In this document: positions 30,566 through 41,904 of the stretch, one piece after another
Layout of the letters: each line of letters begins with the position of its first letter
Position numbering within the stretch: position 1 is the stretch's first letter
Assembly: GCA_046731515.1 (NCBI GenBank)
Contig: JBKPLG010000060.1
Coordinates: 5,447 to 69,446, forward strand
Direction: 5' to 3'
Source of the DNA: Pseudomonadota bacterium
GTDB taxonomy: Bacteria > Pseudomonadota > Alphaproteobacteria > Sphingomonadales > Sphingomonadaceae
DNA length: 64,000 nt
Translations under genes and position numbers: made by a program
The notes under the pieces: model-generated
Seen by the model: only the letters and a program-made list of their open reading frames with translations
What the model was told of the DNA's origin: nothing
Databases searched by the model: none

Positions 30566-31987
30566 CTATGCAGCGGTGCCCCCAACGGTGAGGCCGTCGA
30601 TGAGCAGGGTCGGCTGACCGACGCCCGCGGGGATGCTCTGTCCGCCTTTGCCGCACACGCCAACGCCCTCGTCGAGAGCGAGATCGTTGCCGATGCCCTT
30701 AACTCTGGTGAGCACCGTCGGCCCGTCACCGATCAGGGTCGCTCCCTTGATCGGTTCGGCGATCTTGCCGCCGCGGATGCGGTAGGCTTCGGTACATGAG
30801 AAAACGAACTTACCGCTGGTGATGTCGACCTGCCCGCCGCCGAAGCTCCTGGCGTAAATGCCGTCCTTCACACGCTCGACCAGCTCCGCGGGGTCGTCCT
30901 TGCCGGCAAGCATGAACGTGTTGGTCATGCGCGGCATGGGGGCATGGGCGAAGCTCTCGCGTCTGCCATTGCCGGTCGGCTCCATGCCCATCAGCCGCGC
31001 ATTGAGACGATCCTGCAGATAACCTTTGAGAATACCGTCCTCGATCAGGCAGGTGCTGCGGGTCGGAGTTCCTTCGTCATCGATCGTGAGCGATCCCCGG
31101 CGCTGGAACATCGCTCCATCATCGACCACAGTCACACCCGGCGCAGCCACACGCTCGCCGATACGGCCCGAGAATGCCGAGGTGCCCTTGCGATTGAAGT
31201 CGCCTTCGAGCCCATGGCCGACCGCTTCGTGTAGCAGAACGCCAGGCCAGCCGGGGCCGAGCACCACCGGCATTTCTCCCGCCGGAGCGGCGACGGATTC
31301 GAGGTTCGTCAACGCCTGCGCGAGGGCGATATCGATCGATCGGTTCCATTCCGCTTCGTCGAACAGGCGGCCGTAGAGATAGCGCCCGCCGAGGCCGTGG
31401 TAACCGGTTTCCCGGCGGCCGTTCTGCTCAGCGACGATCTGGACTCCGAGGCGCACCAGTGGCCGCACATCATGGGCAACGAACCCATCCGCTCGAATGA
31501 TGTCGATCACGCTCCAGCTGGCGGACAAAGCGGCGCTGACCTGGATGACGCGCGGGTCGCGAGCCCGGGCCGCAGCGTCGATTCGCTCGCACAGCGCGAC
31601 CTTCTCGGCAAAGGGGACGAGGCTCAGCGGATCGTCCGCGCCATACATGGCCTGATTAGTGCGATGCGGGGATGAAGCAGGCTCACCCGATCGCGGATCG
31701 AGGAGTTTCAACATGGATGCAGCCCGCTCGATCGCACCTTCGCTAATCTCATTGGCGTGAGCAAAGGCGGTGGTTTCGCCCGTCACACCGCGCAGGCCGA
31801 AGCCGGAGCTGGTGTGGTAATCGGCGGTCTTCAGGCGGCCGTCATCAAAACCGAACGCCTCGCTGGCGCTGTATTGGAGGAAAAGTTCGCCGTCGGCGCA
31901 CGCCGAAAGATGTTTCAATGCGAGCGCACGCGCGGAGTCCGGATCAAGGTTGCGGTAGAGGAAGCGGCGAGGGTCGGCGGTGCTCAT
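30566..31987 (-). CDS. tldD: Metalloprotease TldD
   Basis: LLHEAVGHGLEGDFNRKG, PMPRMTNT, CGKGGQSIPAGVGQPT. Confidence 0.96.
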   Translation of the reverse strand: MSTADPRRFLYRNLDPDSARALALKHLSACADGELFLQYSASEAFGFDDGRLKTADYHTSSGFGLRGVTGETTAFAHANEISEGAIERAASMLKLLDPRSGEPASSPHRTNQAMYGADDPLSLVPFAEKVALCERIDAAARARDPRVIQVSAALSASWSVIDIIRADGFVAHDVRPLVRLGVQIVAEQNGRRETGYHGLGGRYLYGRLFDEAEWNRSIDIALAQALTNLESVAAPAGEMPVVLGPGWPGVLLHEAVGHGLEGDFNRKGTSAFSGRIGERVAAPGVTVVDDGAMFQRRGSLTIDDEGTPTRSTCLIEDGILKGYLQDRLNARLMGMEPTGNGRRESFAHAPMPRMTNTFMLAGKDDPAELVERVKDGIYARSFGGGQVDITSGKFVFSCTEAYRIRGGKIAEPIKGATLIGDGPTVLTRVKGIGNDLALDEGVGVCGKGGQSIPAGVGQPTLLIDGLTVGGTAA

Positions 31988-32196
31988 GCCGCTTGGCTGT
32001 CTGCTGGTCCCCCCTCAAGGACAAAGCGGCGATCGCAATAGCCACATTCGACAAAGCCCAATTCCGAATCAATCCGCAGGTAGATCCGCGGATGGCCGAG
32101 TTCGGCCGAGACTTCGCCGGATCCGTCGCAGGCAACCCTGTCGGTCGACACGCGGATCACTTCGGGAGGCGGGAAGGACGAGGTCATGGTCGCCAC
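31984..32196 (-). CDS. zf-CHCC zinc-finger protein
   Basis: VACDG...LGHPRIYL...VECGYCDRRF; start may be 32187. Confidence 0.88.
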   Translation of the reverse strand: MATMTSSFPPPEVIRVSTDRVACDGSGEVSAELGHPRIYLRIDSELGFVECGYCDRRFVLEGGPADSQAA

Positions 32197-32353
32197 TTAA
32201 GGGCAGCACAGGGCGCCCACAAGGTTACCTGTCATCCGCAGTGAGGGGGAAGGTCGCGTTGAAGCACAGCCGTAACCTAGTCGCTTAGCACTGAGTGTGG
32301 ACCGACCCTGCGTGCTTGTCGCTCAATCGCGCCCCTCCTATGCGCCCAGGAAT

Positions 32354-33283
32354 ATGGACGAGCCTGCAATCCGTATTGAATCCCTGTCGAAGACCTATGA
32401 GGGCGGCAAGCAGGCGCTCCGCGACGTCAGCTTCGATGTTCCTCGCGGACAAATCTTCGGCCTGCTGGGACCGAACGGGGCGGGCAAATCGACTCTGATC
32501 AACATCCTCGCGGGACTCGTCGTGAAGACCAGTGGCACGGTCACGATCTGGGGTTTCGACATCGACGAGCACCCCCGTAATGCTAAGCGGTCCATCGGCG
32601 TGGTTCCGCAGGAGATCATCTTCGATCCCTTCTTCACGCCGCGCGAGACTCTCGAGATCCAGGCTGGGCTTTACGGCATCCCACCCGCGCAGCGCAAAAG
32701 CGACGAGCTGCTCGCGGCGATGCATTTGACCGACAAGGCCCGCGCTTATTCGCGCACGCTCTCGGGAGGCATGAAGCGACGGCTGCTGGTCGCCAAGGCG
32801 ATGGTTCATTCGCCGCCGATCCTTGTGCTCGACGAACCCACCGCAGGCGTCGACGTCGAGCTCCGCCGGCAGTTGTGGAATTATGTCCGCCAGCTGCACG
32901 CCCAAGGTGTCACCATCGTCCTCACGACTCACTATCTCGAGGAGGCCGAAGAGCTCTGTGATCGGATTGCGATCATTCACCACGGCCGGGTGATCGCCAA
33001 CGAACCGACGCGGGAGCTGGTGGCGAAGGCGCAGGAAAAAGCCGTCGTCGTCACGTTCGATCGCGATATCACTGAAGTCCCTACAAGCAATTGCTTCGAG
33101 AACATCACCTTGATCGACGAACGGACGCTCGAGATCGCATTTCGCAAGGACAAGGTGAACGCTGGCCAGGTTCTGAGCGCCTTGACCGCCGACGGTCTCG
33201 CCATCGTGGACGTGTCGACGCGCGATCCCGATCTTGAAGATGTGTTCCTAAGTTTGGTCTCGTCCGACCAGGAGTCGGCATGA
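32354..33283 (+). CDS. ABC-2 type transporter ATP-binding protein
   Basis: GPNGAGKST, LSGGMKRR, LDEPTAGVD. Confidence 0.93.
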   Translation: MDEPAIRIESLSKTYEGGKQALRDVSFDVPRGQIFGLLGPNGAGKSTLINILAGLVVKTSGTVTIWGFDIDEHPRNAKRSIGVVPQEIIFDPFFTPRETLEIQAGLYGIPPAQRKSDELLAAMHLTDKARAYSRTLSGGMKRRLLVAKAMVHSPPILVLDEPTAGVDVELRRQLWNYVRQLHAQGVTIVLTTHYLEEAEELCDRIAIIHHGRVIANEPTRELVAKAQEKAVVVTFDRDITEVPTSNCFENITLIDERTLEIAFRKDKVNAGQVLSALTADGLAIVDVSTRDPDLEDVFLSLVSSDQESA

Positions 33284-34872
33284 GCATCGATACAGACTTG
33301 TTGATCGTCGGGTCGGGCGCCGCAGGGCTCACCGCGGCGCTCAACCTCGCCCAAACGCACAAGGTCGCAGTCATCGCCAAGGGTGCGCTCGGCGACAGCG
33401 CGACGGGCCGCGCGCAAGGCGGAATTGCCGCCGTGCTGGAAGAGGGCGACAGCTTCGAAGCGCACGTCAACGACACGATGATTGCCGGAGGAGGCCTCAA
33501 CGACATCAAGGTCGTCGAGCATGTCGTCGAAGCCGCGCCGCGTGCCATTCAGCACCTGATCGATCTCGGGGTCCCATTTGCGAGCGAGAATGGCGCGCTG
33601 CATCTGACGCGTGAAGGCGGGCACAGTCACCGCCGGATCGTCCATGTCGCGGATGCGACCGGCTATGCCATTAGTCAGGCGCTCGAAGCCGCTGCCGCGA
33701 AGCACCCCAACATTACGCTCGTTCCGGACATGGTTGCGATCGACCTCATCACCGGGCGGCATGCGACGCAATTCTCGACAAGCGGGACGGTGCACGGCCT
33801 CTATGCCTACAGCCGCAAGACGAAGCGGGTTGAAACGCTAACTGGCCGGGCGACGATCCTTGCCACCGGCGGTGCAGGCCGAGCCTATCTCTATTCGACC
33901 GCTCCGCGCGGAGCGACCGGTGATGGGATCGCCATGGCGTGGCGGACGGGTTGCCGGGTCTCCAACATGGAGTTCATGCAATTCCACCCGACCTGCCTCT
34001 ACAATCTCGAGGTCAAGAACTTCCTCATTACCGAGGCGATCCGGGGCGAGGGCGGCCAATTGAAGCTTCCGCCGGGGATGAAAGGAGGCGGCACTCGATT
34101 CATGGCGCGCTTCGATGAACGCGGCGAGCTTGCCCCGCGCGATATTGTCGCTCGGGCGATCGACCACGAGATCAAGCGGCTAGGCCTCGATTACGTGCAC
34201 CTCGACATCTCCCATCGAGACGAGAATTTCGTGAAGGCCCACTTCCCGAACATTTACGAGAAGCTGCTAGGCCTCGGCATCGATATCACCAAGGAGCCAA
34301 TCCCGGTCGTTCCCGCGCAGCATTACACTTGCGGGGGAGTGGTTGTGGACCTCCATGGGCGGACCGACGCCCCGGGACTCTACGCCGCGGGCGAGGTCAG
34401 TCAGTCGGGTCTCCACGGGGCCAATCGCCTCGCGTCGAACAGCTTGCTCGAATGCCTGGTGTTCGGGGAGGCGGCCGCAAAGCACATCGCTTCCAATTGG
34501 GGCGACATGCCCGAAGTGCCCGAAATCCGCGCATGGGATGAAAGCCGGGTCACGGACAGCGACGAGGAGGTGGTGATCGCCCAGACCTGGGGCGAAATCC
34601 GCCGCTTCATGTGGAATTATGTGGGCATCGTCCGCACCACCAAGCGCCTCGAGCGCGCGAAGCGCCGGATCGATATGCTCCGTCAGGAGGTTCACGATTA
34701 TTATGCGCACTTCCGCGTCACGCCGGATCTGATCGAGCTTCGAAACCTGGTCGAAGTCGCTGACTTGATCGTGCGCTCCGCGCTCAGCCGCCACGAAAGT
34801 CGAGGGCTGCACTACACCCTCGATTATCCTGAGTTGCTTCCGGAAGCGAAGGACACGGTGCTCGTGTCCTAA
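33280..34872 (+). CDS. nadB: L-aspartate oxidase
   Basis: GSGAAG, REGGHSHRRIVH, QFHPT, GLHGANRLASNSLLE, ESRGLHY. Confidence 0.96.
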   Translation: MSIDTDLLIVGSGAAGLTAALNLAQTHKVAVIAKGALGDSATGRAQGGIAAVLEEGDSFEAHVNDTMIAGGGLNDIKVVEHVVEAAPRAIQHLIDLGVPFASENGALHLTREGGHSHRRIVHVADATGYAISQALEAAAAKHPNITLVPDMVAIDLITGRHATQFSTSGTVHGLYAYSRKTKRVETLTGRATILATGGAGRAYLYSTAPRGATGDGIAMAWRTGCRVSNMEFMQFHPTCLYNLEVKNFLITEAIRGEGGQLKLPPGMKGGGTRFMARFDERGELAPRDIVARAIDHEIKRLGLDYVHLDISHRDENFVKAHFPNIYEKLLGLGIDITKEPIPVVPAQHYTCGGVVVDLHGRTDAPGLYAAGEVSQSGLHGANRLASNSLLECLVFGEAAAKHIASNWGDMPEVPEIRAWDESRVTDSDEEVVIAQTWGEIRRFMWNYVGIVRTTKRLERAKRRIDMLRQEVHDYYAHFRVTPDLIELRNLVEVADLIVRSALSRHESRGLHYTLDYPELLPEAKDTVLVS

Positions 34873-34979
34873 CATCTCGAAGTCGACGGTGCAGCGAATT
34901 TTCGCTCGCGAATCTGACCGGCTGTCTCGAAGCCGCTACGGTGCTAATCCTTTCGGCACCTACCCCAAGAGGAGCAGAC

Positions 34980-35813
34980 GTGGCCGAAGTTCTTAAAGCC
35001 CATCGCGACAACCGCCTGGACCTGGTCAGGGCAGAACGGCAGGGGCCTATCCTCCGCCTCACTCTCCAGAATCCTCCGGCCAACGTCCTGTCGATCGAAG
35101 TGATGGAATCGCTGCTGGCAGAACTTGACGCCGCGCGAAACGACGAGGTCGTCCGAGTCATTGTACTCGCGGCCGCAGGGAAGCTGTTTTCGGCCGGTCA
35201 CGACCTCAAGGAATTGACATCGCATCGCGGGGATAACGATCGGGGCAAGGCGTTTTTCGACCGTACATTCGCCCTCTGCTCACGCTTGATGCAGTCGATC
35301 GTGAACCTTCCCAAGCCGGTCATCGCGGAGGTCGACGGAATCGCCACCGCAGCGGGATGCCAGTTGGTCGCCTCCTGCGACTTGGCCGTCGCCTCGGATC
35401 AATCGAGATTCGGCGTCAACGGCATTGACGTCGGTCTGTTCTGCGCGACTCCGGCGGTGGCGTTGACGCGCGACATCAGCTTGAAGCGCGCGATGGAAAT
35501 GCTTTTTACCGGGGAGATGATCGATGCTGCAACGGCCTGCGAATTCGGCCTGGTCAACCGCGTCATTGCGCGCGAGTCCCTGACTGACGTCGTGGGCGAA
35601 TACGCGAAAACGATCGCCGCCAAGTCGCCTGCCGCAGTGAAGTTAGGCAAAGAAGCGGTCTACAAGCAGGCCGGCATGGGCCTCGCCCAGGCCTACGACT
35701 ACACCTGCCAAGTGATGGTCGAGAACATGCTAGCAGCCGATGCGGAAGAGGGAATCAGCGCTTTTTTTGATAGGCGACCGCCAAGGTGGCGCAAGCAGAA
35801 TTCCACTTCTTGA
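34980..35813 (+). CDS. Enoyl-CoA hydratase/isomerase family protein
   Basis: FSAGHDLKE, ATAAGCQLVASCDLA; GTG start with RBS GAGGAG. Confidence 0.9.
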   Translation: MAEVLKAHRDNRLDLVRAERQGPILRLTLQNPPANVLSIEVMESLLAELDAARNDEVVRVIVLAAAGKLFSAGHDLKELTSHRGDNDRGKAFFDRTFALCSRLMQSIVNLPKPVIAEVDGIATAAGCQLVASCDLAVASDQSRFGVNGIDVGLFCATPAVALTRDISLKRAMEMLFTGEMIDAATACEFGLVNRVIARESLTDVVGEYAKTIAAKSPAAVKLGKEAVYKQAGMGLAQAYDYTCQVMVENMLAADAEEGISAFFDRRPPRWRKQNSTS

Positions 35814-35863
35814 ATTGTGATTAGCTTCCTTCCCGCCGCCACCCTGCTAAACCGCCACGTCCC

Positions 35864-38713
35864 ATGTCCGAAACCGAAACGACCGAAGCACCTGCGACCG
35901 CAGTTCTAAGCGCTGGAACGGCGAACCATCTCTATCTCGTCGACGGATCGAGCTACATTTTTCGCGCCTATCACCGGCTTCCGCCGCTTACTAACCGGCA
36001 CGGCCGGCCGGCGGGCGCAGTCTACGGATATACAACCATGCTGTGGAAGCTCGCCGACGGGCTGAGCAAGGCCGATGGGCCAACACATCTGGCGGTGATC
36101 CTAGACAAGTCCGAGCACACTCATCGGAACGAATTATACGACCAGTACAAGGCGCACCGGCCGCCGCCGCCGGAGGATCTGGTCCCGCAATTTCCATTGA
36201 TCCGTACCGCGACGCGCGCCTTTTCCCTTCCTTGCATCGAGGAGGATGGGCTCGAAGCCGACGACATCATCGCCTGCTATGTTACCGCTGCGAAGAGTGC
36301 CGGCTGGAAAGTGACCATCGTCAGCTCGGACAAGGATCTGATGCAGCTGATCGACGAAGATGCCGGGATCGACATGCTCGACACGATGAACGACCGTCGG
36401 ATCGGGCGCGAGCAGGTGCTCGAAAAGTTCGGAGTCCCGCCGGAGAAAGTCGGCGACGTGCTCGCTCTAATGGGTGACAGCGTCGACAATGTGCCGGGCG
36501 TGCCCGGGATCGGTCCCAAGACGGCCTCGCAGCTGATCCAGCAGTTCGGCGATCTCGACACGGTACTCGCGTCGACCGACCAGATTTCCAAGCCGAAATT
36601 GAAGCAGTCGCTGATCGATCATGCGGACAATGCGAGGTTATCGCGCGAGCTTGTGCGGCTGGTGTGCGACGCGCCGCTTCCCGAACCGTTGGAGGCTCTG
36701 GAGCTTAAAAGCATACCGCCCGAGCCGCTAAAGGAATTCCTCGAGGATCAAGGGTTTAAGTCGCTCCTGACTCGGATGATTGGCGGCGGGGCGCAACAGA
36801 CAGGGGCGACGGTCCGCAATGACGTCATGGCGGCGCTAGAGCCGAAAAAGCCCGCTGCCGCCGAAGCGGAACAGATCGACGTCGACCGTTCTAAATATGA
36901 GACGGTCACCGACGAAGCTTCCCTCGACCGCTGGATCGCGGAAGCGACTGCGCAGGGCTTTGTCGCGATCGACACGGAGACGGACCACCTCGATTCGATC
37001 GTCGCCAAGCTCGCAGGTATCAGCCTCGCGACTGCGCCGAATAGAGCCTGCTACATACCGGTGGGGCATATCGGCGGCGACCTTTATTCGGAAGCTCCGA
37101 ACCAGCTCGCGCAGGAACTCGTCCTGGCGAAGCTGAAGCCGCTGCTCGAAGATCCGGCGGTGCTCAAGGTCGGACACAATCTCAAATACGACTGGGTGAT
37201 GTTCCAGAAGCTCGGAATCAACGTCGCCCCGATGGACGACACCATGGTCATCAGCTTCGATCTGGATGCAGGCCGATCCTTCGGCCACGGTCTTGAAGAA
37301 TTGGCGAAGATCCACTTCGACCACGAATGCATTCCGTTCAAGCAGCTTTGCGGAACCGGACAGAAGCAGATCACCTTTGACAAGGTGCCGTTGGGACCCG
37401 CGACCGAATATGCGGGCGAGGACGCTGACATCGCGCTAAGGCTTTGGCTGAAGCTCAAGCCGCGGCTGGCCGGCGAGAACGTGGTTCGCGTGTACGAAAG
37501 GGTCGACAGGCCACTCGTCTCCGTGATCGGTCGGATGGAACGGCGCGGGATCAAGGTCGACCGCGATTATTTGGCGCGCCTTTCTGCCGAATTCTCCCGT
37601 GACATCCAGGCGCTCGAGGAAAAGATCTACGAAGCGGCATGCGGTCCGTTCACGATCGGCTCGCCGCAGCAGCTCGGCGAAGTGCTTTATGGACGCCTCG
37701 GCCTCCAGGGCGGGCGAAAGGGCAAGAGCGGGCAATATTCGACCGACGTCAACGAACTTGAACGGCTCGCTGCCGAGGGCGTCGATTGCGCCCGGCTGGT
37801 TCTCGATTGGCGCCAGCTGACGAAGTTGCGCTCAACGTACACCGATGCTCTGCAGGCAGTGATCAATCCCGAGACCGGCCGAGTCCACACAAGCTTTTCG
37901 CTGACCGGAGCGCAGACGGGACGATTGTCATCGAACGACCCCAATTTGCAGAACATCCCGATCCGGACCGAAGCAGGGCGCAAGATCCGCGATGCTTTCG
38001 TCGCCGATCCGGGCCACAAAATCCTTTCGGCCGATTATAGCCAGATCGAGCTGCGGCTTGCTGCGCACATGGCCGACGTGCCGCAATTGAAGGAGGCGTT
38101 CAAAGCGGGCGAGGACATCCACAATATGACCGCGGAGGAACTGTTCGGGACTGTCGACCGCGAGTCCCGTAATAAGGCGAAGACGATTAACTTCGCAATC
38201 CTCTACGGCATTTCTTCCTGGGGCGTAGCCGGTCGCCTGGGAGTTTCGAAGGAGGAAGGCAAGGCAATCATCGACCGCTATTTCGAGCGCTTCCCCGGGA
38301 TCCGCGCCTACATCCATGGGACTTTGGGGTTTGCACGTGAACATGGCTTCACCCAGACCCTGTTCGGGCGAAAAACGCACTTCATGCCCAACATCCGCTC
38401 GCCCAATCCGTCGATCCGTGGCGGCGCCGAGCGCGCGGCGATCAACGCACCGATCCAGGGAACGAGCGCCGACCTCATCAAGCGGGCGATGGCGCGCATC
38501 GATAACGCACTCGCCGAGGCGGGACTCGATCGTGTGAAGATGCTGCTGCAGGTGCATGACGAGCTCGTTTTCGAAGTACCTGACGGTCAGGAAGAGCAGG
38601 CCGCCGATATAGTCCGGCGCGTCATGGCCTCCGCGGCCGAGCCTGCCATCAAGCTCAATGTGCCGCTCGATGTGGAGGTCGGCTGGGGTCCGAACTGGGG
38701 CGAAGCGCATTGA
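35864..38713 (+). CDS. polA: DNA polymerase I
   Basis: 5'-3' exonuclease (LVDGS, EADD), DTET exonuclease motif, DYSQIELR, K.INF..LYG, QVHDEL. Confidence 0.98.
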   Translation: MSETETTEAPATAVLSAGTANHLYLVDGSSYIFRAYHRLPPLTNRHGRPAGAVYGYTTMLWKLADGLSKADGPTHLAVILDKSEHTHRNELYDQYKAHRPPPPEDLVPQFPLIRTATRAFSLPCIEEDGLEADDIIACYVTAAKSAGWKVTIVSSDKDLMQLIDEDAGIDMLDTMNDRRIGREQVLEKFGVPPEKVGDVLALMGDSVDNVPGVPGIGPKTASQLIQQFGDLDTVLASTDQISKPKLKQSLIDHADNARLSRELVRLVCDAPLPEPLEALELKSIPPEPLKEFLEDQGFKSLLTRMIGGGAQQTGATVRNDVMAALEPKKPAAAEAEQIDVDRSKYETVTDEASLDRWIAEATAQGFVAIDTETDHLDSIVAKLAGISLATAPNRACYIPVGHIGGDLYSEAPNQLAQELVLAKLKPLLEDPAVLKVGHNLKYDWVMFQKLGINVAPMDDTMVISFDLDAGRSFGHGLEELAKIHFDHECIPFKQLCGTGQKQITFDKVPLGPATEYAGEDADIALRLWLKLKPRLAGENVVRVYERVDRPLVSVIGRMERRGIKVDRDYLARLSAEFSRDIQALEEKIYEAACGPFTIGSPQQLGEVLYGRLGLQGGRKGKSGQYSTDVNELERLAAEGVDCARLVLDWRQLTKLRSTYTDALQAVINPETGRVHTSFSLTGAQTGRLSSNDPNLQNIPIRTEAGRKIRDAFVADPGHKILSADYSQIELRLAAHMADVPQLKEAFKAGEDIHNMTAEELFGTVDRESRNKAKTINFAILYGISSWGVAGRLGVSKEEGKAIIDRYFERFPGIRAYIHGTLGFAREHGFTQTLFGRKTHFMPNIRSPNPSIRGGAERAAINAPIQGTSADLIKRAMARIDNALAEAGLDRVKMLLQVHDELVFEVPDGQEEQAADIVRRVMASAAEPAIKLNVPLDVEVGWGPNWGEAH

Positions 38714-40293
38714 GCGACGCCGAGCGTATTCGCGTCCTCGCCGCGACGGCGGAGACCGAAGCCCCGGATGCGGACATGGCAACCCTGGCGCGAGGCGGGC
38801 GTCTCAATGTGTTCGGCTTCGCTCTCCGGCTAGCGGCGCGACTGCCCTTCCTGTTCATCGCCGGGCGAATCTACGGTGCGGAGTCACTGGGCCGGTTTGC
38901 TTATGCGGTACTAGTCGTCGAATTTGCCGCGCAGCTCGCGGCGCTCGGCCTAAGGCGCGGGCTCGCCCAGCTCCTCGCCAACGCGAAGAAGCCGGAGAGC
39001 TGCGTGGTTGCCGACGCGATGCTCGTCGCGGCCATCGGCTCGGTGGTCGGAATGGCGATCCTGTTCGTTTTCCCCAAGGCGATGTATCCGACCACGGATA
39101 TTGCGGGCATGGATCGGCTGCTCGCAATCACCGTGCTGGCGATTAGCTGGACCGACATCGCGCTAGCGGCGCTCGCCTACCAAAACGACGTCGGAGCGAC
39201 GGTGCGCGCGCGCTCCATTGTTGAGCCATGGGTGATCAGCATCGTCGCTTTCATCTGGTCGTATATCTCGCTGGAGGATGGCCTGATAGTATCCTACGTC
39301 TTTTCGATGGTTGCGGCGCTGATCGCGGCCTTGATCCCTCTCGTTCGCTGCTACGGAATTCCGCACGGTTGGAAGCCCGACTTGGCAACGGCGTGGTGGA
39401 CCGCGGCGCGCAACGTTCCGCTCGCTGCAGCAGACGCGGTGGAATGGGCCTCGCGCCGTATCGACCTCGCTGTCCTCGGAGCATTCATGCCGGCGAGCTT
39501 CGTTGGAATCTATTATGTCGCGCAGCAGGTCGCGACGCTGCCCGCCAAGCTCAAGACCAGCTTCGAGCCGGTGCTGGGCCCCGCCATCGCTCGCAAGATT
39601 GCGGTCGGCGATCGAGCATCGGTCGCTCAGCAAGTGCGGCAGGTCACCTATTGGATCATCGCCGCACAGATTGGAATTGCGATTGCGCTCGCCATTCCGG
39701 GACGAGCAGTGATGGCCTTGGTCGGTTCGGGCTTCACCGGCGGAACAGCGATGCTCGGCTTCCTGCTTGCGGCCGAAGTGATTGCCGCGACGGCGGTCGT
39801 CAGCGAAGCGGCGCTGATCTACGTCGCGCGCAAACGCAACATGGCAATCAGTATCGCCATGCTGGTGATCGAGGCGGGGCTAGCCGTAGCGCTCATCCTG
39901 ATCATGAAGGATGAAGGATTTCCGCAAGCCTATCAGGCGACAGGGCCCGCGATCGCCTTGTGCGTAGCGCTCGGCTTTGCTTCCATCACCAAGTCCTGGT
40001 TGCTGAAGAAGGAGCTTCGTGCGTCGGTCTCCGGCTGGCGCTGGGACATCGGCTGGGCAGCAGCTGCGGGCCTGCTGATGGGCGTTGCCGTACGGTCCTT
40101 CCTTCCGGAGACCTGGCAGCTGATCATCGGCATTCCGGCAATCCTGGGAGCGTTTGGCGCGGTCCTATGGACCAAGGGCCTGAGCCCCGAGGACCGCGCA
40201 CTGTTCCGGCTGAACAAGCAAGACGTGCGCGAGCTGCGCGAAGCCGCAGAGGCCGCAGAGGCCCGCGACCAGATCCAGGATGATCTCGTTTGA
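38710..40293 (+). CDS. MOP/Wzx-like polysaccharide flippase family protein
   Basis: Many TM segments; YGAESLG.F and VGIYYVAQQ patterns. Confidence 0.75.
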   Translation: MSDAERIRVLAATAETEAPDADMATLARGGRLNVFGFALRLAARLPFLFIAGRIYGAESLGRFAYAVLVVEFAAQLAALGLRRGLAQLLANAKKPESCVVADAMLVAAIGSVVGMAILFVFPKAMYPTTDIAGMDRLLAITVLAISWTDIALAALAYQNDVGATVRARSIVEPWVISIVAFIWSYISLEDGLIVSYVFSMVAALIAALIPLVRCYGIPHGWKPDLATAWWTAARNVPLAAADAVEWASRRIDLAVLGAFMPASFVGIYYVAQQVATLPAKLKTSFEPVLGPAIARKIAVGDRASVAQQVRQVTYWIIAAQIGIAIALAIPGRAVMALVGSGFTGGTAMLGFLLAAEVIAATAVVSEAALIYVARKRNMAISIAMLVIEAGLAVALILIMKDEGFPQAYQATGPAIALCVALGFASITKSWLLKKELRASVSGWRWDIGWAAAAGLLMGVAVRSFLPETWQLIIGIPAILGAFGAVLWTKGLSPEDRALFRLNKQDVRELREAAEAAEARDQIQDDLV

Positions 40294-40297
40294 GAGG

Positions 40298-41890
40298 TTA
40301 ATGCCGGAAGTGGCGCATTCCGGTGAAGACCATCGTGAGATTGGCGTCGTCCGCCACGGCGATCACTTCTTCGTCGCGGATCGACCCCCCCGGCTGGATC
40401 ACTGCCGTCGCGCCAGCTTCGACCGCGGCGAGCAAGCCGTCAGCGAATGGGAAAAAGGCGTCCGACGCGACCGCTGATCCCACGGTTCGCGGCTGGGCCC
40501 AGCCGTTGGTTTCCGCCGCTTCTTTCGCCTTGGCTGCAGCGATGCGGGCGCTGTCACGGCGGTTCATCTGGCCGGCGCCAATGCCTGCGGTTGCGCCGTC
40601 CTTGGCATAGACGATCGCATTGGACTTGACGTGCTTGGCGACGGTCCACGCGAAAAGGCAGTCGGCAAGCTCCTGTTCCGTCGGCCGACGCTTCGTCACG
40701 CATTTGAGCTGTTCGCGAGTGATCATCCCGTTATCGCGATCCTGAACCAGGATTCCGCCGGCGATCACGGCTATGGTCTGACCGCTCCGCGAGGGGTCAG
40801 GCAGCTCGCCTGTAATTAGCAGGCGGAGGTTCTTTTTCTTCGCAAAGATCGCTTGCGCCTCTTCATCGGCGTCGGGAGCAACCACCACTTCAGTGAAAAT
40901 CTGCGTGATCGCTTCGGCAGTCGGTCCATCGAGCGGCCGGTTGGTGGCGACGACTCCACCGAACGCCGAGACGCTGTCGCAGGCAAGGGCCTCGCCCCAT
41001 GCGTCCACCAGCGTATTGCGGGTGGCGACTCCGCACGGGTTGGCGTGCTTGACGATGACCACCGTCGGCGGCCCGGTGCGGAACTCGGCTGCGAGCTCGA
41101 GCGCTGCATTCGCGTCGTTCAGATTGTTGTAACTGAGTTCCTTGCCCTGAACCTGTTCCGCCTGTGCGACGCCCAGCGAGTGTGGGCCGACGGGCACGTA
41201 GAGCGCCGCCTGCTGGTGCGGATTCTCGCCATAACGCAGCCCCATCTTGAGCTTGCTCGCCCGGTTCCATGTTTCGGAGAAGCGCTCGCCGCGGTCGGCC
41301 GAAGCGAACCACTGTGAGATCATCGAATCGTAGGCTGCGGTCAGTGCAAAGGCCTTGGCGGCAAGTTTCTTGCGCAACTCTAGCGTAGTGCTTCCGCGAT
41401 GGGCGTCGAGCTCGGCCAGTAGCGCCGGGTAATCCGCCGGGTCGGTTACGATCGCCACATGCGCGTGATTCTTTGCTGCTGAGCGCACCATGGAGGGCCC
41501 GCCGATGTCGATATTCTCGACGATCGCCTCGCGGTCCGCACCGCTCATCACCGTTTCGAGGAACGGATAAAGGTTCACCACCACGAGATCGATCGGCGCG
41601 ATCCCGTGCTCCTCCATCGCTGCGGCATGCTCGGGATTGTCGCGAACGCCTAGCAGGCCGCCGTGAACCTTCGGGTGCAAGGTCTTCACCCGCCCGTCCA
41701 TCATCTCCGGAAAACCCGTAAGTTCACTAATGTCACGCACTGCGGCGCCATTTTCGCGCAGCTTCGCCGCGGTCCCGCCGGTCGAGACAAGGTCCACGCC
41801 ATGCCGCGCCAGCCCGGCGGCGAGCTCGTTGAGGCCGCTCTTGTCGGAAAGCGAAATTAAAGCCCGTTTGACCGGGACCAGATCAGTCAT
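40298..41890 (-). CDS. purH: Bifunctional AICAR transformylase/IMP cyclohydrolase
   Basis: [36 protein letters not shown]. Confidence 0.98.
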   Translation of the reverse strand: MTDLVPVKRALISLSDKSGLNELAAGLARHGVDLVSTGGTAAKLRENGAAVRDISELTGFPEMMDGRVKTLHPKVHGGLLGVRDNPEHAAAMEEHGIAPIDLVVVNLYPFLETVMSGADREAIVENIDIGGPSMVRSAAKNHAHVAIVTDPADYPALLAELDAHRGSTTLELRKKLAAKAFALTAAYDSMISQWFASADRGERFSETWNRASKLKMGLRYGENPHQQAALYVPVGPHSLGVAQAEQVQGKELSYNNLNDANAALELAAEFRTGPPTVVIVKHANPCGVATRNTLVDAWGEALACDSVSAFGGVVATNRPLDGPTAEAITQIFTEVVVAPDADEEAQAIFAKKKNLRLLITGELPDPSRSGQTIAVIAGGILVQDRDNGMITREQLKCVTKRRPTEQELADCLFAWTVAKHVKSNAIVYAKDGATAGIGAGQMNRRDSARIAAAKAKEAAETNGWAQPRTVGSAVASDAFFPFADGLLAAVEAGATAVIQPGGSIRDEEVIAVADDANLTMVFTGMRHFRH

Positions 41891-41904
41891 GATCGTCCTT
41901 CTGA

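Noticed and set aside
30566-31987. TldD as a RiPP maturation protease for a local cluster
   Set aside because: No precursor peptide or YcaO/modification genes are nearby; the context is housekeeping.
32354-33283. Orphan ABC ATPase coupled to nadB as a novel NAD-related transporter
   Set aside because: It is a generic ABC-2 ATPase whose permease is probably encoded elsewhere; adjacency alone is not evidence.
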